Below the pieces are notes generated by a model. It worked only from the letters and a program-made list of their open reading frames with translations. It searched no databases and was not told the origin of the DNA. DNA of 63,551 nucleotides, the filler included, from Pelomyxa schiedti (taxonomy: Eukaryota > Protista > Evosea), in the NCBI GenBank assembly GCA_020536535.1. It is 9 parts of 9 records of this genome, joined end to end, with 100 filler letters (N's around TTAATTAATTAA, not from the genome) between each part and the next. Parts side by side here need not be neighbours in the genome. Positions count along the whole stretch, not along the records: positions 1 to 19,861 come from JAHLWZ010001099.1; 8 more parts are not named here. One strand, written 5' to 3'. Positions within the stretch are counted from its first letter, which is position 1. Each line of letters begins with the position of its first letter. Shown here piece after piece: positions 1 through 12,679 of the stretch. The position numbers were made by a program, and so were the translations under genes.

Positions 1-212
1 ATCATTACTCGGACCAAATCTTGAAGCACCCTGCCACCTACACTTTGTTCTCTGAGAGGTTGGACTCGCAGCCGCAGATGAAAGCGCTCAAGGCTCAGGG
101 CGTCATCCACGACAGAGTTTATGTGCCTTGGACGTACGAGGCCGATGCCCTGGCCGCAAAACTGGCTCTGGAGGCTGCCAAGAACGCCGCTGCCGCGAAT
201 CGAACAACTTGA
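1..212 (+). CDS. 3' end of an unidentified gene (partial)
   Basis: GC-rich, coding-like frame open from the window edge to TGA at 212, followed by an AT-rich UTR-like stretch; no recognisable motif. Confidence 0.45.
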   Translation, partial: HYSDQILKHPATYTLFSERLDSQPQMKALKAQGVIHDRVYVPWTYEADALAAKLALEAAKNAAAANRTT

Positions 213-286
213 GAAAAAATACAGTAAAACACCAATGAAAATGCTTTTTCAATGTATGGTTTACAGAAGAGTTGGAAGTGTTGTGG

Positions 287-1720
287 TCAATGCATTATTT
301 GTGATTGTTGGTGGGTGTTGTTGCATAGATCCATAAAATCTAACTTGTGTGTGTGACCCCTCAAATTTTTTTGTTGTTGAAGAACAGCTTCATCAACAGC
401 ATAAGGCACATTGATGGCTGTGTATACAAGAAGCTCGGCTGAAATTGTGTTGTTCATCATGTAAGACTTTAGAGAAGAGGCCGAAGCATCGTAGGCCAGC
501 TTCCATCTATTATACTGATCTTCACCACATTTCTGGAAATGACCCCAGAACTTGCCATTGTCTGAATGTGCTGCTTTGGTGTACGGCATCCATGTGTGTG
601 TAAAGTGAACAATTTTGACCTGAAGACTGAAATTAGGATATTACAAATAGGTTTTTTATGTTTTTAAATCTTTTTTCTATGTCAATAGCTCTAACAGTTC
701 TGTTTTATGAAGAAACATACATCCTCAGGTTGGTATGGCCATTTCGGCAAGTTCTTCCAGCAACCACATTGATACACAAAGCCAACCTCAGAGGTTGGCA
801 GTAATTCATAACTCATGTTATTGGAAGTGATATACACGGAAATTAACTCTTGGTCCCCTTTCACTATAACGTGGTTCTCCAGAGTTTCCATCATTCCCGA
901 GTACCAGTCTTCATTTGGAATTGTTGACATGACTCCACTGTTGATCCATGCTTTGTTTTGACGACAGGTAATAACGTCTGCTTGACTGACAAACCTGAAA
1001 TTTCTGTTAAACAAGGTATCTTTTGATTTCGTACGGTTCATCAACATCAAATAAAGAATCAATGTTATGCTGAATGCTGAGGTCGGCATCAAGGTAAACT
1101 ATCCTGTCAAATCTGGACCCAAGTCTCCAAATCTCTATTTTGCAGACTGTTGTGTTCCACCACTCGTATTTTGGTTTCCAATTGCGGTGCCATTTCAGAC
1201 ACTCTATATCTTGGGTGGAATGAGCTGAGATTGTTGTTGTTTCATATTTTATTTTTCATCTTTGGAAGGTTGCTCACACCAATGACTGTGATGTTTGAAA
1301 TCGCCATCAAAGCCCGAAATTGTGGTCCAATGTTCGGAGTGCACAAAACAACTCTCTGCCTCTTTGTCCCAGAAGCAACAAGCCCCTGCAAGTGCGAAGG
1401 GTCCGGAGCGCCCGGAAGTAAGGAAGAGGATTGGAATTGTGGTGGTTGCATACCTGGTTCACGGTCAGGATGCCAATCAACGGGCTTTCGTTCGTTGCCA
1501 CGAAGACGAAAGCCTGTCTATCGAATGGCCCGGGTTCAGGTGAATATTGGGGAGTCACGTCCTCATTGACACACAATGGTTCTTTTGGTGGTGGTTCCAC
1601 CTCATCGCAGCCACTATCGAAAAAGAAAAAGGCCAAGAGCGCCACCCAGCACGCAGCCACCAGACATAACACAACGAACAAGGCTGTGTGGGGCCGTGCG
1701 ACGCGCCTTAGAACCCGCAT
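287..1720 (-). CDS. GT8 (glycogenin-like) type II membrane glycosyltransferase, multi-exon
   Basis: N-terminal TM (ALFVVLCLVAACWVALLAFFFF), Pro-rich stem, AFVFVATN, KIEIWRLG..FDRIVYLDAD (DxD), INSGVM, GDQELI and KIVHFTH, the typical GT8 motif order; paralog at 6839-8121. Confidence 0.85.
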
Positions 1721-2149
1721 TTGGCTGGGGGATTGTAGATCAATGACTCTTTCAACGAACATCACACCCTGTGGGTTCTGAATCCTTGGCAAATCCACTG
1801 TGCATGTGTTGTTTCAGTCATACAACCACAACGGTTGAGAATTAATCTTCCTTCTCTCCGTCTCCACCAGCTGCAACACACCAAGTTGAGCGTTGGAAGT
1901 TTCCAAAACCACAGAAGGGGAGTATGTGATGATTGTCGTGGCTTGTGTGTAGTATCTCGGTGTTTCTCGGACTCTGGAATCAAGAAGGAAAAAAATTTCG
2001 GATGTTAGAAGCGCAGGGTAATAAAAATTTGTTCTAAGCAATGAAGGATATGAGACTTGAATTGGAAATCACTGAACACAACCCACATGCTGGCGTTTCC
2101 AGCGTGTGGAGAATAAAAAAAAAAAATTCCTCCATGAATTATGAAATGC

Positions 2150-3145
2150 CTACTTGGCGAAATAAAAGGAAACGAACTTGTTGCTCTCATCCCAGCCAAT
2201 ACAGAGCTGGCGGCAAACAGACATTGTGAAATTGTTTACTGCAGACTTCACTGCCCGTAAAGTTTCAACAGAACCATCAGGCTGTACTCTCCACTCTGGC
2301 ATCTCATCCTGTGCAGGTTTTGGCATACAAATAATAATGGTTAAAGGTTACAATGTCAATGTAGTCGTGCCCTGCCATTATTCCACCCCTTTTAAGTTTG
2401 GGGTACCACAAATTCAAATCCTGGAGAACACTTGTGTAGTCATGTCTGGCATCAATGTACACAAAAGTAAGGGACTCATCTGGTATCATTTTGGCTGCCT
2501 GTAAAGCAAGGAAAGGTCAAACTCAGTTAGTACAGAAATCCATAAAACCTGCTCTGATGTCAGCCTCATTACAGTGGCATACTGGAATGGTGCAAGTTCA
2601 GCAACAGACTTTTGATAAAGCCCATTTTGTGCAGCCTAAAAAACATCAACACTTAACATTCAACACGGAATTACCTGATTGACATTGGCTCCATCATCGT
2701 AAGTCTCCTGCCACATCCAAGGGTCAACTGCATAATACTTTGTGCACTTCTTCCAGCCAGTAAGAACTCTCTTTGAGAAATACCCGTTTTGCACTCCAAT
2801 TTCTGCTCCCTCTCCTGATGAAATTGAGACCACTAGGTTGGTGGAGAATAAGAAACCTTCCAATCCCAGCCACTCCAGCAACACGGGAAAAAGGACCCGG
2901 GAGTTCACACAAGGTAACGGCTCTTGTGGTGGGAAGTTGGCGCAGTTCGGATTGTATGCTAAAGAAACGGGAATTTCAGGGGCCTCATCGACTTGCGGCG
3001 GGACACGCGCTACAGCTGGTCCGAGGTGGTCGTTGGGCTTGTCGGCACGTGGGCTCCCTGACCGTGAGAAACCAAAGAGATAAATGCAAAAGATAATCAA
3101 TGCCGTCAGCGCACAAACGACCACCTCCTTGCGGCGCATCGCCAT
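2150..3145 (-). CDS. Type II membrane class I SAM-dependent methyltransferase (Methyltransf_24-like), multi-exon
   Basis: N-terminal TM, then GAEIGVQNG (motif I), YAVDPW, FVYIDARHDY, WYPKLKRGGIMAGHDY; ends FYFAK* like the paralog at 15045. Confidence 0.85.
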
Positions 3146-4745
3146 CCCGAAAAATGATCCTTCTTTGCTTGATTAGTTTAAAAAATACATCAAACCATCG
3201 AACGCGGAAAACCAACACTCTCATCTTTCTCAGTGTCACTGCTCACACTCCCATCTATATCACTGCTGACAGTCTCAGTATCCTTGTTCAGACTCTTGAT
3301 CTCAGTGGTTTTTTGGTACAGCTGATGACTTTCTTGAATGTGACTCTGATAGAACTGTTGCCAATCTGGTCCAGTTTGGGTGCGTGATTTAGGTCTGCTG
3401 GATGTGGGTTCTTAAACAGCCTACAATTGGCTCCATTAACACACTTGGGGCTCAAACTAACTCCACCCAAAAAACACAAGAAACTTCAAAATCTCCTCAC
3501 CAGGGTCTCAGAATCAGGTGGAGATGGTAGTCCTCAGTTGGTCAACACAGTCCTCAGTGTTTCCCTCTGTTCCCATTGCTGCATTGGGAACCACCTTACT
3601 AATTACCTATTGACTTTGTGTTTTTTCTTCCCCAAATTGGAGCCCACAAGCAGGACATCTCCAATCTGGCACAAGGAAGCAGCAAGGTGGTGCCCAAAGT
3701 GACAGTGTACCCCATTTGACTTCAGGTGTGAAACAAGTAATTTGCTTGCTCCTGTCAAGTAGTTGATGGGCCTCTGTAGATATCAATAAACAGTGGCTGT
3801 GGAAACACCGTCTTCTGTGCAATCACTATGGGGTCTTCCTTGCTGTGTGCCCACTCACATAGCGTACAGCACTGCTCCACATCTTCCCTTGGCATCCATC
3901 TCACGTTTTTTTGTTTCCTATGGCACCCAATTCAACTACAAATACGCACGCCAAGACGCCGCGGCGGCGCCGCGCCAACCGCCCCGCAGTAAGAGTATCG
4001 TTGGCTTGGAAGATTTGAAGCAAGTGTTGAGACAGAGTGAGAAGTTTATATTATTCAAAACAAACTGGTATCCAATGGTATTGCAAATACAGACTGAAAA
4101 GGAATGGAGTTTTTTTTGGTAAAAATTCTCTCCACCAAGACTCTGAGCATTCAGGAACAGAAGTGGGTATCAAATCAGGGTTGTGTGTAATAATAATCTC
4201 TTTTGCCTGATATAAGATTAACAACACTTATTCCCTCTTTCCTCAAATTACCTTTGCTCTAATTTCCAATTGCGTTGGATGCTCATTGTGGGTTATCTTC
4301 TCAGGGATACAATCAAGTAACTTTTGTTTTTGACAAGGAAGCAACAATGATGGTCTCCCAACCCTCCTCAGAGGTCTATCTCTTTCTGAGCATAATATGC
4401 CCTGCAAACCACCTCACCAACACCACAAGCATGACCAGTTTGGGCAAAAGAAACTTGTGCAAACTACAAAATGGTGAAAAATGGGGCTGTTGTTGTGTAA
4501 ATCATGAACATTATGCAAAGCAACAGCACGACCAATAACAGTGTCTTCTAACAGAAAATGCGGGGGCACAACCGAGCTCCGGACTGCGCATCACTCTCCT
4601 TAAGCATCGATGTTTTGTTTTGATTAAGGCGTTTTAACAGAAAAATGATGGATCTGTGGATACAACTTGGGTTTTCGTTTCCGCCTTGGATTGAAATAAA
4701 GCTTGATGTAGATCAAAAAATCCGATTTGGATAAATTTATATTTG

Positions 4746-5717
4746 CTATTGAGGGCATACCACACCCTTGCCATTTTTCTTATGGACCACGGAGTAATTG
4801 CTGTATGGAGTGGTTCTCCCCTTGAACTTAAATGAGAACAAAGGGTGACAGCCATCTCCATCCCACATTCTCTCTTGCATAGTTGAGTTTGCCATCCAAA
4901 ACTCGTGGATGGCCTTGTTGTGTGCAATCATGTCACACACCACCCCTGTGGAGTTTCCAGTGTGTTCTGCCATTCTCATCAGATTTGGTGCCACAATTTT
5001 CATATGCGCTATCATTGCTTCCCGCTTTCCACCAAACACTCCACAGTTGTACAGAAGCTTCTTTTCGTCAGTTCTGTCGATCACGTCGCAGCCCTTCCAC
5101 GACCTATGCACCCACACCCACTGCGGTTCCTCCTCCGTCGAGAAGAATATGTCCCGGCCAGTGATGTTCCGCATAATCACGACAGGGTTGCTGTTGAACC
5201 TCACATCCAGAACGTCAGTGGCCATCACGTACTCCCACTCGCTGTGGTTCTGCATCAAATCCAACAGAGCCAGCATCCTCCACTCGTTTGGCCGCATGTT
5301 CCTGTTGTAGTGTGACTTTTCCACTCGCACAAACTTGAAAGTGTCAGTTTCCAACTCCCTCACTGCAGTCTCGTTCAGCCCATTGTGCATCAGAACACCG
5401 TGGATTCCGTGCTTGTGCAGAGAGTCATACCACCCTCGGAAGTACTCCACGCAAGTGGGAGTGTACTTGTTGCTCTTTCTCTGTGGATCAACCTCCCCGT
5501 GGAAGTAGGCTCCAACCACAACAAGGGGGATCGTCGGTATTGGTTCTGCCACAAGGATGGGTGGTGATGATATCGGTGCTGTAGCGCCACCACTGTGGTA
5601 ATTGACATCTTTCGGGACTACAACTGTGATTGGCCGCCCCATAGAGGCATACAGGAGCACACTGGTACACGCCACCGAGACCACCACGACGAAAAGCAAC
5701 ACAATTGGGCGGCGCAT
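4746..5717 (-). CDS. Intronless type II membrane GT-A-like putative glycosyltransferase (323 aa)
   Basis: Single ORF with N-terminal TM (IVLLFVVVVSVACTSVLLY), Pro-rich stem, YVMATDVLDV acidic motif, LYNCGVFGG, CDMIAHN and C-terminal VVHK. Confidence 0.7.
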   Translation of the reverse strand: MRRPIVLLFVVVVSVACTSVLLYASMGRPITVVVPKDVNYHSGGATAPISSPPILVAEPIPTIPLVVVGAYFHGEVDPQRKSNKYTPTCVEYFRGWYDSLHKHGIHGVLMHNGLNETAVRELETDTFKFVRVEKSHYNRNMRPNEWRMLALLDLMQNHSEWEYVMATDVLDVRFNSNPVVIMRNITGRDIFFSTEEEPQWVWVHRSWKGCDVIDRTDEKKLLYNCGVFGGKREAMIAHMKIVAPNLMRMAEHTGNSTGVVCDMIAHNKAIHEFWMANSTMQERMWDGDGCHPLFSFKFKGRTTPYSNYSVVHKKNGKGVVCPQ

Positions 5718-5781
5718 TCTGTGCGTTGATGTTAGGGACTCAAGAGAGTTTCTTTCCTTTATTGTGGAATGAACGTTCTGT

Positions 5782-5856
5782 GTTTGAATAAAATAATCAA
5801 CAGACCGGAACGATCGTCGCTCAGTCTCGGAGGTCTGTGTTTTTTTTTATTCAGCC
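5782..5856. mobile_element. Short MITE-like element (copy lacking the nested insert seen at 45459-45710)
   Basis: tgaataaaat-aa-tcaacagaccggaacg...ttttattcagcc aligns with the 45459 element once its internal insert is removed. Confidence 0.65.
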
Positions 5857-6198
5857 ATCTGAGAGTCTAGCATGGCAGCTATTATCCCAGCGTTGTCAGG
5901 GGAAGTGGCACAGATTCCCACTGGGGATATACAATCAGTACAAGAGGATTAGCTGCCAACACCTGTGAATGATTTCGCCCTCATTGAGACCTTTAAAAGG
6001 CTGCTGCCCCTTGATTGGGTCAATGAAATTGAGCATTGCTGTGCTGCCACACTTGACAGCCTATCGTTATCAAAATATGCAGAGATAGCCAACAAGTGGT
6101 ATGTGCAGGATCCAGATAAGTTATAAGGCCACCTTCCAGCCCACCTCAACGACTACAAGTTGTACGCGGTGACTCCACCGGCACAAGCACAAGTGGTT

Positions 6199-6234
6199 CA
6201 GGATCGGCGGTCTGGTGTTTTTTTTTATTCAGCC
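6199..6234. mobile_element. Right end of the same MITE family
   Basis: caggatcggcggtctggtg-polyT-attcagcc is essentially identical to 45676-45710. Confidence 0.65.
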
Positions 6235-6838
6235 ACGCAGAGATTCTAAAAAGAATAATAGCAATTCTTACCTTCCAATTGGAACGAGAGGGTTAAAAAA
6301 CTTAACTAGAAAGTTTTAAAGGCATATACATTGCTGTACCTTCGTATACATATTCATCTTCATACATCGATGGCGGAAATATATGTACTTGTGTAACTTA
6401 ATAAAAAAAAAAAAACTCACGATGACGTGTTAAAACTCACGAACGTCATCATCTCTATGTCGGGTGCTGTTTCCGATGGGGCTGAAATCACCCCGATGCT
6501 TTGAGGAAGTACCTGTCGTACACCCGAATGAGCAGGACCTTTTCCGAAGGACAACGCTTTGTGAGCGCCGATCGCTCTGTCACCAGACGTTTTTGACGCC
6601 GTTGTCCGACCCGTTCGCACGGAACGGGCATTACACGCCAACGATCAAAGTTTTTTTTTTGAGTTTCGTGGAAGTCCGCTCCCTCGCAGACAGTGCAAAC
6701 CCCTGGGTTACCCACTCAATCCGACCAGAGTGTTCGATAGACAATAGTATCATTAGCGGGCACCAGGGTTTCAGCTCAGAGGGATACGTATTTCCAGAAC
6801 CCACAAATTGCAAAAAATCCTCTTTTTGGACCAACAGC

Positions 6839-8121
6839 ATGCCAGGCACCGGGGTGAAGACACGTGCTCTGTTTGTCGTTATCGTGTGCAGTAGTGCGTG
6901 TTCAGTGATTTGGTTGCTGTACCACGGCCCAGGCTGGGTGACTGCGCCTGCTGTGCCGACAGCCCTGCCGACTACACTGGCCGTGGCAGTGGCACCACCA
7001 CCTCCAATTATTGGGGTGGGGAAACACCCTAGGGAGGCGTTCGTATTTGTTTTGACGAACGATAGTCCCTTGGTTGGGATACTCACTGTCAACCAGGTTG
7101 AGTAATTTTACTTGTTAAGACTTGTTTAATATTCTGTCAGGGATTGGTAAATACCAAAACTGAGAGGCAACGGGTGGCACTGTGTACCCCTGGTGTTACA
7201 GATGCATGCAAAAAGGTTTTGCAAATGGCAAATATATCAATTATAGGTTTTTCTTCAAAAAAATTTAAAAACCTTTTGTACACATTGTTAAAAATAACAA
7301 AGACCTTGAGTGGCCCAACACAAACCACTCCAATTGGAAGCCAAGATTCCCACAATGGGATACTACTTTGACAAAAGTGGAGCTGTGGAGACTGGGGGAT
7401 AAATTTGACAGAATTATTTACCTTGATGCTGACCTTCACATTGCTCACAACATTGATGAGATGTTTGATATGAAAGAACCGTTGATCGTTCTCTCCCTTA
7501 TTGTTCCTGACTTGAGTGCAGGATTGTTGCATCAGCGTACTTTATTAAATGCAACGATAATGCCAAGGGCCTCTTAAGTGGAGTGATGTCAACAGTCCCA
7601 AATGAGACATGGTATCAAGGAATGATGGAGGTCCTGGACACAACAATCATTACAGATGGTGATCAACAGATGATAGAACATTTCTTGGCCAGACACAAAA
7701 TTCGCCCTGTCTTGCCATCGCACTCTTATATTGGAAAAGCATGTCACTGTGCCTGCTGGAAAAACAAGCCTTACCCTTACAATCTCAGTGATGTGTGTAC
7801 TGTAAAGATTTTTGTTTTATTGTTAAACCCCGATAGGTGAAGGTTGTTCATTTCACACATCAATTCATGTTGGACTACAGAGCAGCTGCAGAGGCCAAGG
7901 ATGGACAGTTGTGGGGTTGGTGCACTTGTGCTCCCATGCACTACCGTGCATGGAAGAACACATTCCTTTCTGTCACTGAATCACTCAGAAGTTATTTGAT
8001 GCAGTACCCTGTTTCAGGCAACCTCCTGGTATACATAGCTGCACATGTGCCTGCTGTGGTGGATGAAGAAATATTACAGCAGCAAAGACACTTGAGAAAT
8101 GACTTGAATTGGTTTTTGTGA
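6839..8121 (+). CDS. GT8 (glycogenin-like) type II membrane glycosyltransferase, paralog 2, multi-exon
   Basis: TM ALFVVIVCSSACSVIWLLY; AFVFVLTNDSPLVGILTVNQ; KVELWRLGDKFDRIIYLDADL; GDQQMI; KVVHFTH; collinear with 287-1720. Confidence 0.85.
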
Positions 8122-8759
8122 CAAGATACTTCACCCAAGAAAATACTTGATGGAAGCAACAAAAAATGCCCCTAAGTCGGCATCACACTGTTAATCTCAA
8201 CCAAAATCAATAGCTTTCATCATGCAGTTCGCTTCGGCACTATCGGTTGCACCTGGTCACATATCCAATGGGGAGCGCACTTCTAGACCCCCACTTCGAA
8301 GTTTTAGAATGGAAATGAAGTTTTGTTGTTTAGCGCTAGGTTAGATGATAGATTATAGCGATCAGATTTGCTCGAAAAAAGCTCCCACAACGAAACAGCA
8401 TTTATTACTTTTTACTGAGAGGTACCAGTGCTCCCCCAGCTAAACCTAGCTTATCCAGCTAAGTTAAGAGTTTCTTTCTGTTTTATTTTATTCGTGTTGT
8501 AAGTTTAAGGCCAGGGATATTAAATACAATATTTGGAGTATTAAATATTTGAGAATGAAATCATTTAGAGCAGCGATGCTTAATCCGAGCAGGGGGAAAA
8601 AGTCGAAGGTACCATATCTGGGTTTCCTGCCCACGGTTCTGTTTTGGACACGGTGTCTTACATGTTCCGTCACAGAAACCTTGTTTTTAGGCAGCGCAAA
8701 TCTGCCTGTGTCACAGATCGGCCTACACCAAGTTAGTGGTGGGGCAGTTGGAGCCCAGA

Positions 8760-11700
8760 CTGTAAATAAAAGCTGTTGCAGGGTCATTGTCCACCTATTC
8801 ATTTGAGTTTTAGTTAATTAGGCTGGTATAATTATTCAGCTCTACCCAACAGCGGTTCCAATAAGGAGACCAAAAAATGAGGAGGAAAAGACTACAATAA
8901 ATGCCTCGTAGATGTATACTCTACTCCTGCAGTGGGGAAAAAAAATTATGGCTTTTACTCAAAGTAAGGAACATACAGCCAGGACTTGGAGAGTCCAACC
9001 GCTCTCAATACACCAATTTCCTTTGTCTGTTTGCAAACATACTCGAAATTAGTGAAAAGAATGAGGTAGTCATGGCAATTGCTGTCATGAATAACTTGTG
9101 GTGGTAAGTGCTTCACATTTTCGATTTTTTTTGTACAGCAGCTACAACAAAAGATTCCATCTCATCTCTGAAATCCCATATACGTTGAGACTGCGGCGCT
9201 CCACAATCCATCCTGTTAGTGAACTTGGCTGGATAGGAAGTTACAATTATGTCATCAAACTGTGAGTAAGGTGTATCAGGCTTCACTTTGATTAAAAATT
9301 CTCGTAGTGGCAGTTGCTTCTTAGATTGGATGCCACCATTGGACATCCTGAGATACGAAGGAAACGAAACAAATGTGTCCTATAGTGATAGGTCGGCTAT
9401 GGACTGGAGTGTGTGGATGTGGATGCTTACTTGGTCGGTTGTTGAGGGAAATTTGGAAAAAACAAATGAGGGTGCACTATCCAAAAATGGCGCGACCTTG
9501 GTTATGAGGGGGGCACTGAGAGTGTGTAAGTGACTTGGGTTTTTTTTTATGGAGCACCGAGAGTACTTATCACTAAAGGTCATTAAAACGTGGTCTCCAG
9601 GTTTTACCCCAAGATACTTCTTGTATGTGGAACCAAGCACTGTCGAGCGGCTACCATCCTTCCACTATGTAAGCAGTAGTTGTCTCAAGTGTAAACACAC
9701 CAAGGTATAAACCCTTTTGGCATTGCTTGGAACTGAGGGATCGTACAATTGCTCTGAAACCTTCGAAAAAGAACTTAGCAAATAGGGCCCAGTTATGTGT
9801 TTCCGAACCTTTAGGAAGCCGGGAAGAGAAACATTGAAAAAATTCGGTGACAACCCATTTCTGGTATTAGACGCACTATAAATATGCCCTAGAGGGGGGG
9901 GGTTATGTGTTCTGCCAAGCCGGTAGTTGTTTGTGTACCCAAGTTGCTGACTCCCATGCCCATCCCGGTTATCTCCGCCAGGTTTCTAGTTTTCCAGGTA
10001 TACCCTTGGATTCTGGGATCTGTAGCTGTCGCTCCTTCTAAGGATTGCGCCAGCTATAAATTTTTTTTCAGCAGAAGCAAAAGAGTGGTGTTGGTTTGGT
10101 ACCGGTAATAAATTGGGGCTCCCCCTTGCGTAAACCACAACAGGAGCACCGGCATCTTGCAGAAGGGAGTACTGGAAAGAGGAAACCTATTTTCAAATTT
10201 TAGTGGATGAGCAGTGGTTAGTGGATGAGCAGTATGAGAAAGGAAAATGCTATGAACAATTGCTGTGTGGTCCCAGAAAAAGAAGAGCCAACAAAATATT
10301 TTCTCAAGCAAAGTCTCTGAGATAGGAATTACAGAATTACAGTGGCAAAAGTTATGAGCCTTACCGAGACTCAATGACAATAGTACAAGACCAAGAAGCA
10401 TGGACATAATTAATAAAAAGAACATATTTAGCATCACTTGGAAGTTATTGGCCAGAAGGCTTGACGGAAGCACATAGTAGATTCCAAACCTTTGAGTGTT
10501 GAGACATAGATTTGGCAAAAAAAAAAAAAAGGTCAGGAGGGCACACCCAAAAACAGTAAGTACCATTCCTACGAGAATAAGGGTCCAATTGATTTTCCCA
10601 GGTTCTGCACGCTCCATGGTGATTTGAACAGCCTGTTTTAGTTACACCCAAATCGAAGGGAAGTTCCCACACACTTGAGTCTTGGAGCGTCTTGTATCAA
10701 GTGACTCCTGAAGCTCTTGTGTTAATGCAGTTCTGTGGGAATAAAAGAGTTGAAAGTATGAAGAATAAATTAGCTACCTTAGAGGAAGAATGGATGATAA
10801 AATAGGAATGAGAAAGCCGAGCAGAGTTGCTATCCCAACAGCATTTGGAGATAGTAGTTTACTCAATGGAACCTTAATGGCATGGTTAGAAAGAATTAAC
10901 TCATTTATTTTCTGATTACTGCTGTGAGTGCTTCAAATGCCTTGGCAATGAAAACTTCAACTAGTTGTGCAAAGCACATTCCGAGAATCCATGAGGGTAA
11001 AGCATAGGCCATAGCCTAAGGTTCGTCTATCTTAATACTACACAATAGAGAGGTTACCTGAGTGATCATCAGCCCAATAACACCAAGTTTGGAAGTACCA
11101 AGAGTGCACATGACACCCATCTCAAATGTACATGTCTCAACATTGATCATTAAGAGAGAGTAAATAAGAATTACTGACAGAAATAACTGATTGAGGTTAG
11201 AGTGAAACATTAATATCCAACTGAACAGTACAAGAATGACAATAGATATATTGATGAGGAGCCCAAGAAACAATGTGACAAAACTGAAGTTAATAATGCT
11301 ATCCAAAACTGGGAGCGACACATCAATATTATTGAATCCTGCTCTGTAAGCTACCATATGGTAAACTCCTAAAAGAGAGGGGAAAAAAGTACCTCTGACG
11401 CAAATCTAATAACCTGAGATTGAACAATGTCAACATTGGAGCTCATATAAGCAGAAACACGGGGAGGAGGCAGATTAACAACCATACTCCTTGCGTGTTG
11501 GTAGATCAACCTTTTTTTCAATTTACAATCAAAAACCCATTCACTGAGAAACCTCAAACCTGTGTGATGTCGTTTCGTAACTCTTCATCCCATGGATCCA
11601 TTTGCTGCCCAGGTATGAGATAAAATCTTTAGTTGCAGTTTAGGTCAATTGCATGGCAATAGGTGGTAATGTAATACATTCATATTCCACGATCAAAGCA

Positions 11701-12420
11701 ATATCTGACTGGGCAGCATGTTTACCCTGAACACAGTTAAACTAGGAATCAATCAAGTGAGGATACACCTTGGGTTTAAGCCCCACCCCCTCTATCAAAA
11801 AAGAAATACTGGAGGCATGTATCTGGGTCTTCACAATAGCCAATAGAAAGGTCTGTTTCAACACCTTTGATAATCCATCAGTACACCTAAAACTACAGTC
11901 TGAATAAGAACCATGGTACTTCCAATATGGGTCTGCAAGATCGAGCCCAGGAGGGCATGAGTTGGAATGGACAATGCGCCCAGATAACTCCCATCTGCAA
12001 AGGGAGTAAATTGATTGAAGACTCAGTAGGCTTGCCTTGGGGTAGTGTAATTGAACCCTTCGTCAGTAGCAAGAACAGAACGTGCCATTGAAAAATTGAG
12101 AAGAGTATAACCAGTGTCATTGTTTATCCTGATTGTAGCTGTCAGGAAGCAAAGGCTTGAAACAGGCATACAAACAACATCCTTTTCACCATCGTGTAAT
12201 TCAGACAAACGAAGGTATATAACAGGGGCATTTGTTACTACTGACAATAGTATTGCCACCACTGTAACCACAACAAAGCAAGCCAAAAATCCAATTGTGT
12301 AGTTGGCCTTGGTGGCAGTTATTTGTGAATTTTTTCTTGAAGCAGGATTGTATGCAAAACACGAAACGACAACAAATGGCAATACCAAAAGTAGTAATAG
12401 TATTAACAATAAAAAAAATG
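8760..12420 (-). pseudogene. FtsX-like (MacB/ABC3-type) multi-TM permease, probably decayed
   Basis: NYTIGFLACFVVVTVVAIL..PVIYLRLSE, IYSLLMINVETxTFEMGVM, QTKEIGVLRAVG and RVYIYEAFIVVFSS match the protist FtsX-domain permeases. There is a frameshift near 9030, unrelated sequence at about 9870-10250, and a truncated C-terminus. Confidence 0.7.
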
Positions 12421-12679
12421 GCAGCCTCTCAACAACAAAATGGAGCAGGGAAGTGATGCCAAATGCGTGCCTTGTTAGTTTTTATTTGCACCCAGGTCTG
12501 TTTGCAGAAGTGCAATCACAACAACGCCGTCGACGCCATCCACTTTAGTATTCGGTCGGTCCAAAAAAAACCAACGCTTAAAAGGGGCCCGATTGAATCA
12601 ATTCCACAACACGGTTTCGATTGTAAAATAACCATTTGCGTTCGAATTTCCCCAGTGCATTCCGGTGTAACGCTTCCGT

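Noticed and set aside
3288-4540. Coding-like fragments (CVNGANCRLFKNPHP, PBZ-like)
   Set aside because: Interrupted by stops with no coherent gene model; at most decayed remnants.
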